Shown here: piece by piece, positions 28,452-38,875 of the stretch | How positions within the stretch are numbered: the first letter of the stretch is position 1 | Layout: every line of letters starts with the position of its first letter | Assembly: GCA_910577655.1 (NCBI GenBank) | Contig: CAJTOW010000006.1 | Location: 325-64,324 of the forward strand | Direction of reading: 5' to 3' | Origin: an uncultured Lachnospiraceae bacterium | GTDB taxonomy: Bacteria; Bacillota; Clostridia; Lachnospirales; Lachnospiraceae | DNA length: 64,000 nucleotides | Position numbers and translations under genes: made by a program | The notes under the pieces: generated by a model | What the model saw: the letters and a program-made list of their open reading frames with translations, nothing else | What the model was told of the DNA's origin: nothing | The model's database searches: none

Positions 28452-29327
28452 ATGGATATCAATTATGAATTATATAAGGTTTTCTACCATGTAGCCAACA
28501 CTCTCAGCTTCTCGGAAGCCTCCAAGCAGCTGTTTATCTCCCAGTCCGCAGTCAGCCAGTCTGTCAAGGTTCTGGAAAAGAAGCTGAACCAGACCCTCTT
28601 TCTGCGCAGCACCAAGCGGGTACAGCTGACTCCTGAGGGAGAGATCCTCCTAAAGCACATCGAACCGGCTATCAATCTGATCCGCCAGGGGGAAAACCAG
28701 CTTCTGGAGGCTAACACGTTAAATGGGGGCCAGCTGCGTATCGGCGCCAGCGACACCATTTGCCGCTATTATCTGGTTCCATATTTAAAGGAATTTCACC
28801 GCAGGTATCCCAATGTCCATATCAAGGTGACCAACCAGACCTCCATCGCCTGCGCCAGACTGCTGGAGGCGGGGCAGGTAGACTTTGCCATCACCAACTA
28901 CCCAAACTCCGGCCTTTCCAACACCCAGAATGTCCGGATCATCCAGGAATTCCATGATATATTCGTGGCAAATGAGGAATTTTCACAGCTGAAAGGGAGA
29001 TCCATCTGCCTGGAAGAATTAAAAGACTACCCGATCCTTATGCTGGACCGTAAAAGCACCACCAGTGAATTCCTCCACAGCATATTCCAGCGGCACCAGC
29101 TGGACCTGGTGCCGGAGATCGAGCTTTCCAGCAATGACCTGCTGATCGACCTGGCCCGTATCGGACTGGGCATCGCCTTTGTGCCAGATTACTGCATCCC
29201 CACAAGGGAACAGAACCTTTTCACTGTCCAGCTGGACGAGGCCCTGCCTGCACGCCAGATGGTAGCAGCACGCAATGAAGCCCTGCCCCTTTCCCAGGCG
29301 GCAAGGCAGTTTATCAGTATGCTTTAG
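28452..29327 (+). CDS. LysR family transcriptional regulator
   Basis: SFSEASKQLFISQSAVSQSVKVLE HTH; LT.EGE and LRIGAS motifs; upstream TTTACA-17-TACTAT promoter. Confidence 0.95.
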   Translation: MDINYELYKVFYHVANTLSFSEASKQLFISQSAVSQSVKVLEKKLNQTLFLRSTKRVQLTPEGEILLKHIEPAINLIRQGENQLLEANTLNGGQLRIGASDTICRYYLVPYLKEFHRRYPNVHIKVTNQTSIACARLLEAGQVDFAITNYPNSGLSNTQNVRIIQEFHDIFVANEEFSQLKGRSICLEELKDYPILMLDRKSTTSEFLHSIFQRHQLDLVPEIELSSNDLLIDLARIGLGIAFVPDYCIPTREQNLFTVQLDEALPARQMVAARNEALPLSQAARQFISML

Positions 29328-29373
29328 ATGTCCAGACAGACTCTGAACTATTACCAAATATGGCTGGCCAGAA

Positions 29374-29509
29374 GTAATAGTTCAGACAGGTCTGCGCACT
29401 TGCTGCGCTGACCGTACGAAAACGTAGTGGTTGGAGGGCATCTGCCCCATCGCGTAGCGATTTTCATGGGCAGATGCCGTAACAGTTCAAGGGGTATCTG
29501 AACTGTTAC
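29374..29509 (+). repeat. Family C element fused to a family A palindrome (29479-29509)
   Basis: Longest family C copy, followed directly by GTAACAGTTCAA-N7-CTGAACTGTTAC. Confidence 0.8.
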
Positions 29510-29692
29510 GATTCTGGAAGCCTTCTATAACTGTCTGGCAAGCGAAAGACGTTATAGTATTCTTGTGTAACTGTTCGGGTATCTGTGACTGGTTATGGCA
29601 TCCGGCCATCTGGAAGGGATTGTGGTGATGGACCGGATGCTTGCATTGGCTTATTTTTTGATATGTTTTTTAAGACAATTCCAGGCGGATGT

Positions 29693-30202
29693 TTATCCGA
29701 ACAATGCGCCCAGCAGTCCATAGGACAGCAGGGACATGATGATGGTGGCAATGGCGATGCCCGCAAGGATTGCGGAGAATGCCTTCCTGAACCGCATATG
29801 CAGGAGTGCAGCCACCAGAGAACCGGTCCAGGCACCGGTCCCGGGAAGGGGGATTCCGACAAAAAGGACCAGTCCCCAGAATCCGTACCGCTCCACCTGG
29901 CCCTTATTCTTATCTGCCTTCCGGCGCAGCCACAAGGCGATCTGTCCCAGTCCGGGAATCCGCTCCATACAGATGAGGATCCGCTCGATCAGGAGCAGGA
30001 TGAAGGGGATGGGAAGGAGATTTCCCAGGATGCAGATGGGGATCGCCTTCAGAATGGGGATGTCCAGAAGGGCCGGGGATGCTGCCAGCAGTCCTCCCCT
30101 CAGCTCCAGGATGGGGATCATGGATATAATGAAAATAATCACTTCTTTGGAGACCTTGCCGCCCAGGGCGGCGGTAAGTCCCTGTACCAGGGTGTCTGTC
30201 AT
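29693..30202 (-). CDS. Small multi-drug export family membrane protein (COG2426-like)
   Basis: SMIPILELRGG and FVGIPLPGTGAWTG motifs. Confidence 0.88.
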   Translation of the reverse strand: MTDTLVQGLTAALGGKVSKEVIIFIISMIPILELRGGLLAASPALLDIPILKAIPICILGNLLPIPFILLLIERILICMERIPGLGQIALWLRRKADKNKGQVERYGFWGLVLFVGIPLPGTGAWTGSLVAALLHMRFRKAFSAILAGIAIATIIMSLLSYGLLGALFG

Positions 30203-30337
30203 GGGGGAACCTCGATTCTTTTTATAGTAGCAACAGCCGTGTAAAGCTGTGGATGCGTGCAGTTTCTATTATATGCGAAGTTGGGGGAGAATTCAATTAT
30301 TTTCGGGGAAACTTTTTCCGGAGTGTACTTACCAGGT

Positions 30338-30368
30338 GTAACAGTTCAGATACCCCTTGAACTGTTAC
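30338..30368. repeat. 31-bp palindromic repeat, family A
   Basis: GTAACAGTTCAG-N7-TTGAACTGTTAC. Confidence 0.85.
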
Positions 30369-30611
30369 CTTCCGGACCATCCCCGTGAACAGCAACTGGT
30401 ACGGTCTTTTGGTTCTTACCCACGATTTGTAAATAAATATATAGATTTATGAAAATATTTGTAATGTAAATAAAATAAAATTTACACATATAAGGGTTAA
30501 TTTTCTCTTATAATTGACGATATATCCATAGAGTACGGCTGAAAAACGAAAAGAAGCAATTCTTTTGCCATATTTCGCGAATGTATATAAATATATACTT
30601 TTAAGAAAAAA

Positions 30612-31253
30612 GTGGAGAAATTGATGAATAGGACATATGCTTACGGAAAGGCTGTTTCCGAAAAAGAGAAGGCAGACTTTTATGCTGCACTGGAAAAACT
30701 GCAGGTGCAGGACTGCGATATTTACATAGACAGCTGCTCAATGGATAACAGGAAGTGTTCCCAGTATACAAAGCTACTGAAGCTTCTGGAAAGGGGCGAT
30801 CTGCTCTGCCTTGGCAGTTTATCTGTCCTGGGAGACGGATACACGGATGTGAAAGAGCAGTGGCGGATTCTGACAAAGGAGAAGCAGGTGGATGTGATGG
30901 TACTGGATGTACCGTCTCTTGACACAAGAATAGGAAAGGACCAGTATGGTCTGCTGGTGGCGGATCTGGTCTATTCCCTGCTGGATTATGTATCTGCCCA
31001 TGATCTGCGCTACAGCAGTGAGATCCGCAGGCTCCGCCAGCAGGCAGGAATAACAGAAGCCAGGGAGAAAGGCGTTAAGTTCGGCAGACCTTCCAAGGCC
31101 ATGCCAGAGAACTTTGGGCAGATCTGTAAAAGGTGGATGGAGAAGGGGATTACGGCAACAGAGGCAGCCAGGATGTGCGGAGTCAGCAGGGCGGTGTTTT
31201 ATAAGCGGGTGAGGGAGTCTGGGGGAGAGACAGGGGGGGATAGTAAGAGATAA
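30612..31253 (+). CDS. Resolvase/invertase-type serine recombinase with degenerate catalytic motifs
   Basis: RQ..GI..A..KGVKFGRP and C-terminal HTH intact; YARVS and DRLGR motifs altered. Confidence 0.8.
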   Translation: MEKLMNRTYAYGKAVSEKEKADFYAALEKLQVQDCDIYIDSCSMDNRKCSQYTKLLKLLERGDLLCLGSLSVLGDGYTDVKEQWRILTKEKQVDVMVLDVPSLDTRIGKDQYGLLVADLVYSLLDYVSAHDLRYSSEIRRLRQQAGITEAREKGVKFGRPSKAMPENFGQICKRWMEKGITATEAARMCGVSRAVFYKRVRESGGETGGDSKR

Positions 31254-31451
31254 AGCCCCAAAGTGGACGTTCTGGAATAGATATCATACATTTCAAAAAA
31301 ATATCAGGGAAGATAAACGCTTTACGTTCTGCTTTCCATAGTTGATACCAGAACCGAAAAAGATTATGTAAGATTTAGAAAAATAATTTAAACAAAGGGG
31401 TGCAGTGCTCGTCAGGTGCCCTTAGGAATTGTTGAAAAAGGAGAAAGAAAA

Positions 31452-32660
31452 ATGTCTAAAGTTTCAGTAGTAATACCTGTATATAATTCGTCTCAGTATC
31501 TCCCGCAATGTCTGGATTCTTTATTGAAGCAAACTTATCAAAATATGGAGATATTATGTGTTAATGATGGTTCGACAGATGGTTCCCTGGAGATACTGGA
31601 ACAATTTGCACAGAAAGATGAGCGGATCAAAATATTCACGAAAGAAAACGAGGGTAAAGGAGCAGCCTCTGCACGGAATATGGGACTTGCTAATGCAACG
31701 GGGAAATATGTTCATTTCCTGGACAGTGATGATTTTTTTGAACCAAATATGTTTGAGGAAATGGTGGGAAAAGCAGAAAAAACAGATGCAGATGTTGTAA
31801 TTTGCCGGGTAGACTGCTACGACGATATGAACAAAAGAATTATTGGGAATTTCAATTCGATAAATTTTCAATATATTCCCGACAAGGATCCTTTTTCATA
31901 TAAAGATTGCCCGGAACATATTTTCCAGATTGGAGATCTTGTTACCTGGAACAAATTGTACCGGAAAGAATTGCTGGATAAATATGACTTGAAATTTGAA
32001 TCAATACCAATTTCCGATGATCAGTATGTTCCAATGCTGGCACTTGTTTATGGAAAGAGAATTACTTGTGTTGACAAGGTATTTCTCCATTACCGTATAA
32101 AAACTGGTCAAAGTCAGGCAGATGCAAAATCAAAACATCCAGAAGCTGGATATGCATCTTTGCCTTCTATTATAGAAAATTTGCGGAAAGCAGGTGTTTA
32201 TGAGGATGTAAAACAAAGTTTTATAAACAAAGCAATGGACTTAATGAGACTTTATTTTGATGCAATGACAGAATATAGAACAACCAGATTGTTGTACGAT
32301 GTTTTTCGCAAAGAAACTTTCCCCATGCTTGGTGCAGAGAATTTGCCGGAAAATTATTTTTATGATGAACGGCTTGGTGAATGGTACAAATTGATTTCTG
32401 AATATCCGTTAGAGGAAATCCTGCTTATGTCAGCCAGGGGATATGGTAACAGTTATACAACCGCTATTTTGCGCTTGCAGATTCCCTATAATAAAATAAA
32501 ACAAGGGAGCAGAATCGTTCTTGTTGGAAAAGGAACTGTAGGAAAGTACTGGTATGCGCAAATGATTTTATCGGATTATTGCGAAGTAGCTGCCTGGGTT
32601 GAGGATCAGGATAAGATACCTTCTGATTTGCAATATGATGAAATTGTAAAAGCTTATTAG
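31452..32660 (+). CDS. GT2 family glycosyltransferase
   Basis: VSVVIPVYN, NDGSTD, ARN.GL and FLDSDD motifs. Confidence 0.93.
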   Translation: MSKVSVVIPVYNSSQYLPQCLDSLLKQTYQNMEILCVNDGSTDGSLEILEQFAQKDERIKIFTKENEGKGAASARNMGLANATGKYVHFLDSDDFFEPNMFEEMVGKAEKTDADVVICRVDCYDDMNKRIIGNFNSINFQYIPDKDPFSYKDCPEHIFQIGDLVTWNKLYRKELLDKYDLKFESIPISDDQYVPMLALVYGKRITCVDKVFLHYRIKTGQSQADAKSKHPEAGYASLPSIIENLRKAGVYEDVKQSFINKAMDLMRLYFDAMTEYRTTRLLYDVFRKETFPMLGAENLPENYFYDERLGEWYKLISEYPLEEILLMSARGYGNSYTTAILRLQIPYNKIKQGSRIVLVGKGTVGKYWYAQMILSDYCEVAAWVEDQDKIPSDLQYDEIVKAY

Positions 32661-32693
32661 AGTGAGCTGACCGGATATAAGAGAGGTGGATGT

Positions 32694-33839
32694 TTGCAAA
32701 AAAGAATTTGCATTTTTAGTTTTTATAATAGGAATGGGTATCTGGATGACTATGTCCTGTATCTTTTAAATGATATTTCAAAATGTGTCTGCCGCCTGAT
32801 TATTGTTGTAAATGGATTCGTCGACGATAGGGGCAAAAAATTATTTTATAACTATACAGATGAAATAGTAATAAGAGAAAATTTAGGATATGACGCAGGG
32901 GCTTACAGACATGTTCTGACTGATTTGTTAGAAGAGAATGTTTTAAATGGATACGAAGAGGTGATTTTTTGTAATGACACCTTTTTTGGCCCGGTGAAAT
33001 CATTGGTAGAGATATTTGGCGAAATGAAAAACAGAAACTGTGATTTTTGGGGGTTTTCTGGATATTTTGATAAAGTGTTTGCTCACATTCAGTCATATTT
33101 TTTTGTTTTCAGAAAGAAAATAATAGTCCAAGGACTGCTTACACAATATTTTAGAAATTATGTAGACGGAAGGACTGTTAATCTTAAAGAAATCTATGGC
33201 CAATTTGAATTAGGGTTATTTGATTTCCTGGTAAGAAAAAATGGGATGAGCTATGAGTGTTATGCGTATACATCGCATTTGGATGTTTATCGCTCCAGTT
33301 ATCTGTGCTTAAAAAAATATAGTTTGCCTATTATAAAAAAGAAGGTTTTTTCGTGTTTTGAAGAAAATATGGATAACATATGGTGCACTCTAAGCTATAT
33401 CAAATATGAGACACAATATGATGTGACTCTGATATTGGATTATATACAACAAGCATATGGATTAATTATCAGAAAAGAAGAAATTAGAACCATTGATGCG
33501 TATAGAATTCCGGATGCTGTTATCTATCCGCGAGCGGTAAATAATGAAGAACAGATAGAAGAGTTTTTGTCAAATGGCATTTTCTACATTTATGGAGCGG
33601 GAGTTAACGGAAGTAAATGTTATTGGAGATTTGCCAGGGGGAATTCCTGTTTCAAAGGATTTGTTGTGTCAGACGGTATGGCAGGGGGCGAAAAGGCGAT
33701 GTATGGACATCCGGTTTTTCAGCTTTCAGAAATTGTAGACCTGCAGTCTGCAAAAATTCTTTTGGCAGTAGAAAAACAATATGCGGATGAAATCATGAAA
33801 AACATTAAAAGGACATCCAACGTGATGAGAATCTTTTGA
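32694..33839 (+). CDS. Rhamnan synthesis protein F (RgpF)-like protein
   Basis: RENLGYDAGAY, NDTFFGP, DFWG and HIQSYF motifs. Confidence 0.8.
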   Translation: MQKRICIFSFYNRNGYLDDYVLYLLNDISKCVCRLIIVVNGFVDDRGKKLFYNYTDEIVIRENLGYDAGAYRHVLTDLLEENVLNGYEEVIFCNDTFFGPVKSLVEIFGEMKNRNCDFWGFSGYFDKVFAHIQSYFFVFRKKIIVQGLLTQYFRNYVDGRTVNLKEIYGQFELGLFDFLVRKNGMSYECYAYTSHLDVYRSSYLCLKKYSLPIIKKKVFSCFEENMDNIWCTLSYIKYETQYDVTLILDYIQQAYGLIIRKEEIRTIDAYRIPDAVIYPRAVNNEEQIEEFLSNGIFYIYGAGVNGSKCYWRFARGNSCFKGFVVSDGMAGGEKAMYGHPVFQLSEIVDLQSAKILLAVEKQYADEIMKNIKRTSNVMRIF

Positions 33840-33863
33840 TCAAATGAACATGGAGAAAACAAA

Positions 33864-34859
33864 ATGATTATCACAAAAACTCCATTCCGTATCAGCTTTT
33901 GCGGCGGTGGAAGCGATATGGCAGATTTTTACAGAGAACATGGAGGTTGTGTTTTAAGTACAACCATTAATCGGTACATGTATTTGACGATTCACCCATA
34001 TTTCGATGAGCAAAAGACAGCACTGAAATATTCACAGAATGAGATTGTGGATCATATTAATGACATTCAGCATTCCATTTTCCATTGTGTGTTAAATGAC
34101 AAAAAAATCAGCGGTGTGGAGATCTCAAGTACGGCAGATGTTCCAAGTGGCACGGGGCTTGGGTCTTCCAGCTCTTTTACGGTTGGACTTCTGCATATTT
34201 TATCTTGTTATAAAGGAAAATATCTTTCCAAAAGTGCATTGGCGAAAGAGGCTTGTGAAGTGGAGATAGACAAACTTGGAGCACCGATCGGAAAGCAGGA
34301 TCAGTATGCTGCTGCTTTTGGAGGATTGAATTTTATCCGGTTCCATAAGGATGATTCTGTATCAGTGGAACCGGTTATTATGAAGGGAAAGACTCTGGCA
34401 GAACTGCAGGATAATCTGGTGATGTTCTATACTGGGTTGACTCATGATGCAAATAAAATTTTAGCAAAGCAGAAGAAAAATATTGCTGAAAAAGAAGAAA
34501 AAAGAAGAAGTCTGCTACGTATGTGTGAACTGGCAGAGTCAATGAAAATGGCTCTGGAAGATAATGATATCCGGAATTTCGGAAAAATACTCAATGAAGG
34601 CTGGATGAAGAAGCGTGAACTGGCAGGAAGTATCACCAGCCCTTTTATTGATGAACTGTATGACACGGCTCTTCGCAATGGAGCTACTGGCGGAAAGCTT
34701 CTGGGAGCTGGTGGTGGTGGATTTCTGCTGTTTTGTTGTCCAAAAGAAAAGCAGGCAATGCTGCGGGAGAAACTGCGTCTGAAACAATTTCCGTTCAAAT
34801 TTGAACATGACGGAAGTTCTGTGGTTTATATTGGGGATAAATACTGGGAGGATGTTTAG
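33864..34859 (+). CDS. hddA: D-glycero-alpha-D-manno-heptose 7-phosphate kinase (GHMP kinase)
   Basis: TPFRISF.GGGSD, GTGLGSSSS, GKQDQY and GKLLGAGGGGF motifs. Confidence 0.88.
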   Translation: MIITKTPFRISFCGGGSDMADFYREHGGCVLSTTINRYMYLTIHPYFDEQKTALKYSQNEIVDHINDIQHSIFHCVLNDKKISGVEISSTADVPSGTGLGSSSSFTVGLLHILSCYKGKYLSKSALAKEACEVEIDKLGAPIGKQDQYAAAFGGLNFIRFHKDDSVSVEPVIMKGKTLAELQDNLVMFYTGLTHDANKILAKQKKNIAEKEEKRRSLLRMCELAESMKMALEDNDIRNFGKILNEGWMKKRELAGSITSPFIDELYDTALRNGATGGKLLGAGGGGFLLFCCPKEKQAMLREKLRLKQFPFKFEHDGSSVVYIGDKYWEDV

Positions 34860-34860
34860 C

Positions 34861-35802
34861 ATGAATGTTCTGGTCGTGGGCGGCGCTGGTTTTATTGGAA
34901 GCCATTTATGTGATGCATTGCTGGAAGCCGGGGACAGAGTAGTCTGTGTGGATAATTTTTCTCTGGGGACTCGAAAAAATATTGAACATTTGAAGAATCA
35001 TACTGCATTCAAACTGTATGAGGCTGATGCAACAGACAAGAAAAAAATGTCAGAAATATTTAGGGAAGAGAATGTGGAGCAGGTTTTTCATCTTGCTGCC
35101 AATTCGGATATCCAGGCAAGCGCGGAAGACCCGGAGGTGGAGTACCGGAATACTTATACCACTACTTTTCGGGTTTTGGCCTGTATGAGGGAATACCATG
35201 TCCGGAAACTGTTCTTTGCATCCACATCGGCAGTGTATGGAAACAAAGGAGATGAACTTTTGGATGAAAATACACCAAACCTGAATCCAGTGTCTTATTA
35301 TGGGGCTGCAAAACTAGGGAGCGAAGCCTTGATTAGTGCATTTTCCTATATGAATGACATAGATGCGCTTGTCTTGCGTTTTCCCAATGTGATCGGGCCG
35401 CGGCTTACCCATGGTGTGGTGTTTGATTTCATTCATAAGTTGGAGCATGATAACAGGAACCTGAATATTCTGGGAAATGGAAAACAGAGAAAGCCTTATA
35501 TTTACGTAACAGACCTGGTGGATGCCATTATGAAGTTCCGGGCTCCCAGAGAGTCAGGAGTAACCCTTTATAACGTGGGTGTGGAAGGGGCTACAAGTGT
35601 AACCGTCATTGCGGATATTGTATGCGAAGAAATGGGCCTGAAGGATGTAGTTTATCATTATACCGGTGGGGAAGGTGGATGGAAAGGAGATGTTCCCAGA
35701 TTTCGTTACTGTGTGGACAAGATCCATGGTGCAGGCTGGAAAGCCAATTACACATCAGATGAGGCTGTCAGGGAGACTGTCAGGCGGAATATAAACAGGT
35801 GA
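34861..35802 (+). CDS. NAD-dependent nucleotide-sugar epimerase/dehydratase
   Basis: GGAGFIG, HLAA, STSAVYG and YGAAK motifs. Confidence 0.9.
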   Translation: MNVLVVGGAGFIGSHLCDALLEAGDRVVCVDNFSLGTRKNIEHLKNHTAFKLYEADATDKKKMSEIFREENVEQVFHLAANSDIQASAEDPEVEYRNTYTTTFRVLACMREYHVRKLFFASTSAVYGNKGDELLDENTPNLNPVSYYGAAKLGSEALISAFSYMNDIDALVLRFPNVIGPRLTHGVVFDFIHKLEHDNRNLNILGNGKQRKPYIYVTDLVDAIMKFRAPRESGVTLYNVGVEGATSVTVIADIVCEEMGLKDVVYHYTGGEGGWKGDVPRFRYCVDKIHGAGWKANYTSDEAVRETVRRNINR

Positions 35803-35806
35803 TAAG

Positions 35807-37123
35807 ATGGTCAGAGATTATATTGCAGTAATTCAGGCAGGAGGAAAGGGGACGCGGATGAAATCCCTGACGGGAGACCGGATTCCAAAGCCTATGCTGG
35901 ATTTAAATGGAAAGCCCATGTTGCAATGGCAGATAGAAAACATAATGGCCTATGGAATCCGGGATTTTGTAGTCATAACCGGATATCTGGGTGAAACGAT
36001 TCGGGAGTGTTTTGGGGATGGGAGAACACTGGGGGTACGAATACGCTATATAGAGGAGGAGGAACCCCTTGGTTCTGCAGGAGCCTTATACTTCCTTAGA
36101 GAAATGGGGGAGCAGAGAGATTTCCTCCTTGTTTTTGGAGATATTATGTTTGAGCTGGACTGGGAGCGTATGCTTAAATTCCATGAGCAAAAAGGTGGTC
36201 TGGTGACTTTACTTGTCCATCCCAATGCTCATCCTTATGATTCGGATCTTCTGGAGCTTTCGGAGGATGGAGAAATCACTGGGATGGATTCCAAGGAGAA
36301 TGTCCGGAATTACTGGTATGATAACTGTGTGAACGCAGGCATTTATGTGTGTAAGAATGAAATCCTGAATAGGTTCACTGGAATCTGCCGGACAGATCTG
36401 GAAAAAGACGTTCTAAAACCCATGCTGGGAACCAGAAAAATATTTGGTTATCATACTCCGGAATATGTAAAGGATGCAGGTACTCCAAAACGGTTTGAGG
36501 CGGTTTGTCGGGAGCAGAAAGAAGGGATCTGGAAACAAAAATGCCTTAAATATAAGCAAAAATGTATCTTTCTGGACCGGGACGGAACCATCAACCTATA
36601 TAAGGGGCTAATCAGCCGGGAGGAACAGCTGGTTCTGGAGGACGGTGCGGCTGAAGCAGTGAGGAACATAAATAGGTCAGGATATCTGGCAATAGTTGTT
36701 ACAAATCAGCCTGTGGTTGCCAGAGGACTATGCAGCATAGAAGACGTTGGAAATATTCATAAAAAATTACATACCTTGCTTGGAAATGAAGGGGCCTATT
36801 TGGATGCGGTAGTATTTTGTCCACATCACCCGGATCGTGGATACCCGGAAGAAAATCCGGTGTATAAGATTTCCTGTAGCTGCCGTAAACCGGCAATCGG
36901 GCTGATTGAATCTATGACAGAACAATTCAACATTGACTTGTCACAGTCATGGATGATTGGGGACAGTACAGTTGACATCCAGACAGGTGTGAATGCGGGG
37001 GTAAGTACGGTCTTAGTACTTACAGGAGTCGCTGGCAAAGATGGGAAATATCCGGTGCAGCCAGATTATGTTGTGGAAAATCTGAAGCAGGCAGTAGATT
37101 TGATTATGGATTATCAAAAATAG
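35807..37123 (+). CDS. Fused heptose-1-phosphate nucleotidyltransferase (HddC-like) / heptose-1,7-bisphosphate phosphatase (GmhB-like)
   Basis: N-terminal AGGKGTRM...PKPM; C-terminal FLDRDGTIN, TNQ, CPHHP, C.CRKP and MIGD motifs. Confidence 0.88.
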   Translation: MVRDYIAVIQAGGKGTRMKSLTGDRIPKPMLDLNGKPMLQWQIENIMAYGIRDFVVITGYLGETIRECFGDGRTLGVRIRYIEEEEPLGSAGALYFLREMGEQRDFLLVFGDIMFELDWERMLKFHEQKGGLVTLLVHPNAHPYDSDLLELSEDGEITGMDSKENVRNYWYDNCVNAGIYVCKNEILNRFTGICRTDLEKDVLKPMLGTRKIFGYHTPEYVKDAGTPKRFEAVCREQKEGIWKQKCLKYKQKCIFLDRDGTINLYKGLISREEQLVLEDGAAEAVRNINRSGYLAIVVTNQPVVARGLCSIEDVGNIHKKLHTLLGNEGAYLDAVVFCPHHPDRGYPEENPVYKISCSCRKPAIGLIESMTEQFNIDLSQSWMIGDSTVDIQTGVNAGVSTVLVLTGVAGKDGKYPVQPDYVVENLKQAVDLIMDYQK

Positions 37124-37149
37124 TTTTTGGGAAAATCAGAAAACAGGAG

Positions 37150-37731
37150 ATGGATGTTTTGACGGATTATATAGATAAAATTAACCAGTATATATCAATG
37201 GAGAAAGCGGTTCTGGACTCCCTGGATAAGGGGGAAATTAATGATGTGATGAATGTCCTTGAAAATGCCAGATTATCAGGAAAACGGATATTTATCTGCG
37301 GAAACGGAGGCAGTGCATCTACATCGGCGCATTTAGAGTGTGATTTCAATAAGGGCATAAGCTATGACCAGGATATAAAGTATGATATTGAATGTCTTAG
37401 TGACAATGTTCCCATGATGATGGCGATTGCCAATGATATCAGTTATGATGATATCTTTATTGTGCCGTTGCGGAATAAGCTGAAAAAAGGAGATATTGTA
37501 ATTGGAATTTCAGGAAGTGGAAATTCTGAGAATGTAGTGAAGGCATTTGAATATGCGAACAGTTTGGGCGCCAGTACCATCGCTTTTACTGGATACAGTG
37601 GGGGAAGGCTGAAAAAAATAGCACAACACGGAATTCATGTACCGGTAGACAATATGCAGATTGTGGAGGACGTACATCTGTTATTGAATCATATGATGAT
37701 GTTTATTTTGTCTGGTATGCGGGGGTGTTAA
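37150..37731 (+). CDS. gmhA: Phosphoheptose isomerase (SIS domain)
   Basis: CGNGGSAS...H, AIAND, ISGSGNS and QIVED.H motifs. Confidence 0.85.
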   Translation: MDVLTDYIDKINQYISMEKAVLDSLDKGEINDVMNVLENARLSGKRIFICGNGGSASTSAHLECDFNKGISYDQDIKYDIECLSDNVPMMMAIANDISYDDIFIVPLRNKLKKGDIVIGISGSGNSENVVKAFEYANSLGASTIAFTGYSGGRLKKIAQHGIHVPVDNMQIVEDVHLLLNHMMMFILSGMRGC

Positions 37732-37738
37732 GGATTAC

Positions 37739-38833
37739 ATGAAAATGAGAATTTTTTTGTGGGGGACAGGAAAAGTTTCCAGAGAAATAATGACACATTG
37801 TACAACATTGGATACATATGAAATATTAGGATTTATTGACAATGATCCTGAAAAAACAGGACAGCAATATTATGGTAAGGAGATTTTTCCGCCATCTGTC
37901 CTGGAATCTGTCAAGCCAGACCGGATTGTTGTTTTGGCAGGTGCCTATGATGCTATTAAAAAACAGATTATTGAGAATTATCCATCCTGCAGGGACATTA
38001 AAATTGAATATAAATACTTTTTCTACAAGGAAAGTCTGCTTAAAAGATATAACGGAACAACAGACACAGAAATTCTGAAATTGTTTCAATATATTGATAA
38101 AAATGGACTGGATATGTTTAACTATCCATATGTTGAAAAATATATGTCTATGGAGATTTGTGTTCATTTTGATGAAGAACACCAACTGTTTTATGTGATA
38201 CATTATGGGAAGCGAATGTACTTCCCTGAATATTTTACGGATGAAAAAATGGTGGCTGATTATTATCGTTTTATTTTGATTGAACAAGATCCTGAGTCGC
38301 CACACCGGTATCTGGATGATGAATTCTGTATTCAGGAAGGCGATATAGTCGTAGACGCAGGAGTAGCAGAAGGGAATTTTTCTCTTGAGAATATTGACAA
38401 GATTTCAAAATTATATTTGGTCGAAGCGGATGAAAGGTGGATCGATGCATTAAAAATCACTTTTAAAAATTATTCCGATAAAGTGCAGATCATTAATGCT
38501 TTTGTATCTTCATATGATGAAGGGATGTATTCACGGATTGATTCACTTATTACAGATGAGAAAGTCAATTTTATTAAAATGGATATTGAAGGCAATGAAT
38601 GGGATGGACTGCAGGGGGCAGAAAAATTAATTAATAATTCCGAAAAGCTTAGACTTGCTATCTGCTCTTATCATAGTGATTTCGATCAGAAACTGATAGA
38701 AACATGGATGGACGAGCAGGATATTAAGCACTCCACGACAAAAGGTTATATGTGGTACCCACTGCTGGTTAGACAGAATTATATTTCTACTAAATTTAAC
38801 AGAGCGATTGTCCGTGGTATTAAGAATGGTTAG
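37739..38833 (+). CDS. FkbM family methyltransferase with N-terminal Rossmann-like module
   Basis: VVDAGVAEG, FIKMDIEG.E and ICSYH motifs. Confidence 0.8.
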   Translation: MKMRIFLWGTGKVSREIMTHCTTLDTYEILGFIDNDPEKTGQQYYGKEIFPPSVLESVKPDRIVVLAGAYDAIKKQIIENYPSCRDIKIEYKYFFYKESLLKRYNGTTDTEILKLFQYIDKNGLDMFNYPYVEKYMSMEICVHFDEEHQLFYVIHYGKRMYFPEYFTDEKMVADYYRFILIEQDPESPHRYLDDEFCIQEGDIVVDAGVAEGNFSLENIDKISKLYLVEADERWIDALKITFKNYSDKVQIINAFVSSYDEGMYSRIDSLITDEKVNFIKMDIEGNEWDGLQGAEKLINNSEKLRLAICSYHSDFDQKLIETWMDEQDIKHSTTKGYMWYPLLVRQNYISTKFNRAIVRGIKNG

Positions 38834-38875
38834 ATTATATAATAATACGCTGAAAAAGATAGGGGAAACAGATAA

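Noticed and set aside
31265..31356. Invertible promoter between the recombinase and the glycan locus
   Set aside because: Only a 9/10-bp inverted match (GTTCTGGAAT / ATACCAGAAC), and the recombinase looks inactive; too weak to call.
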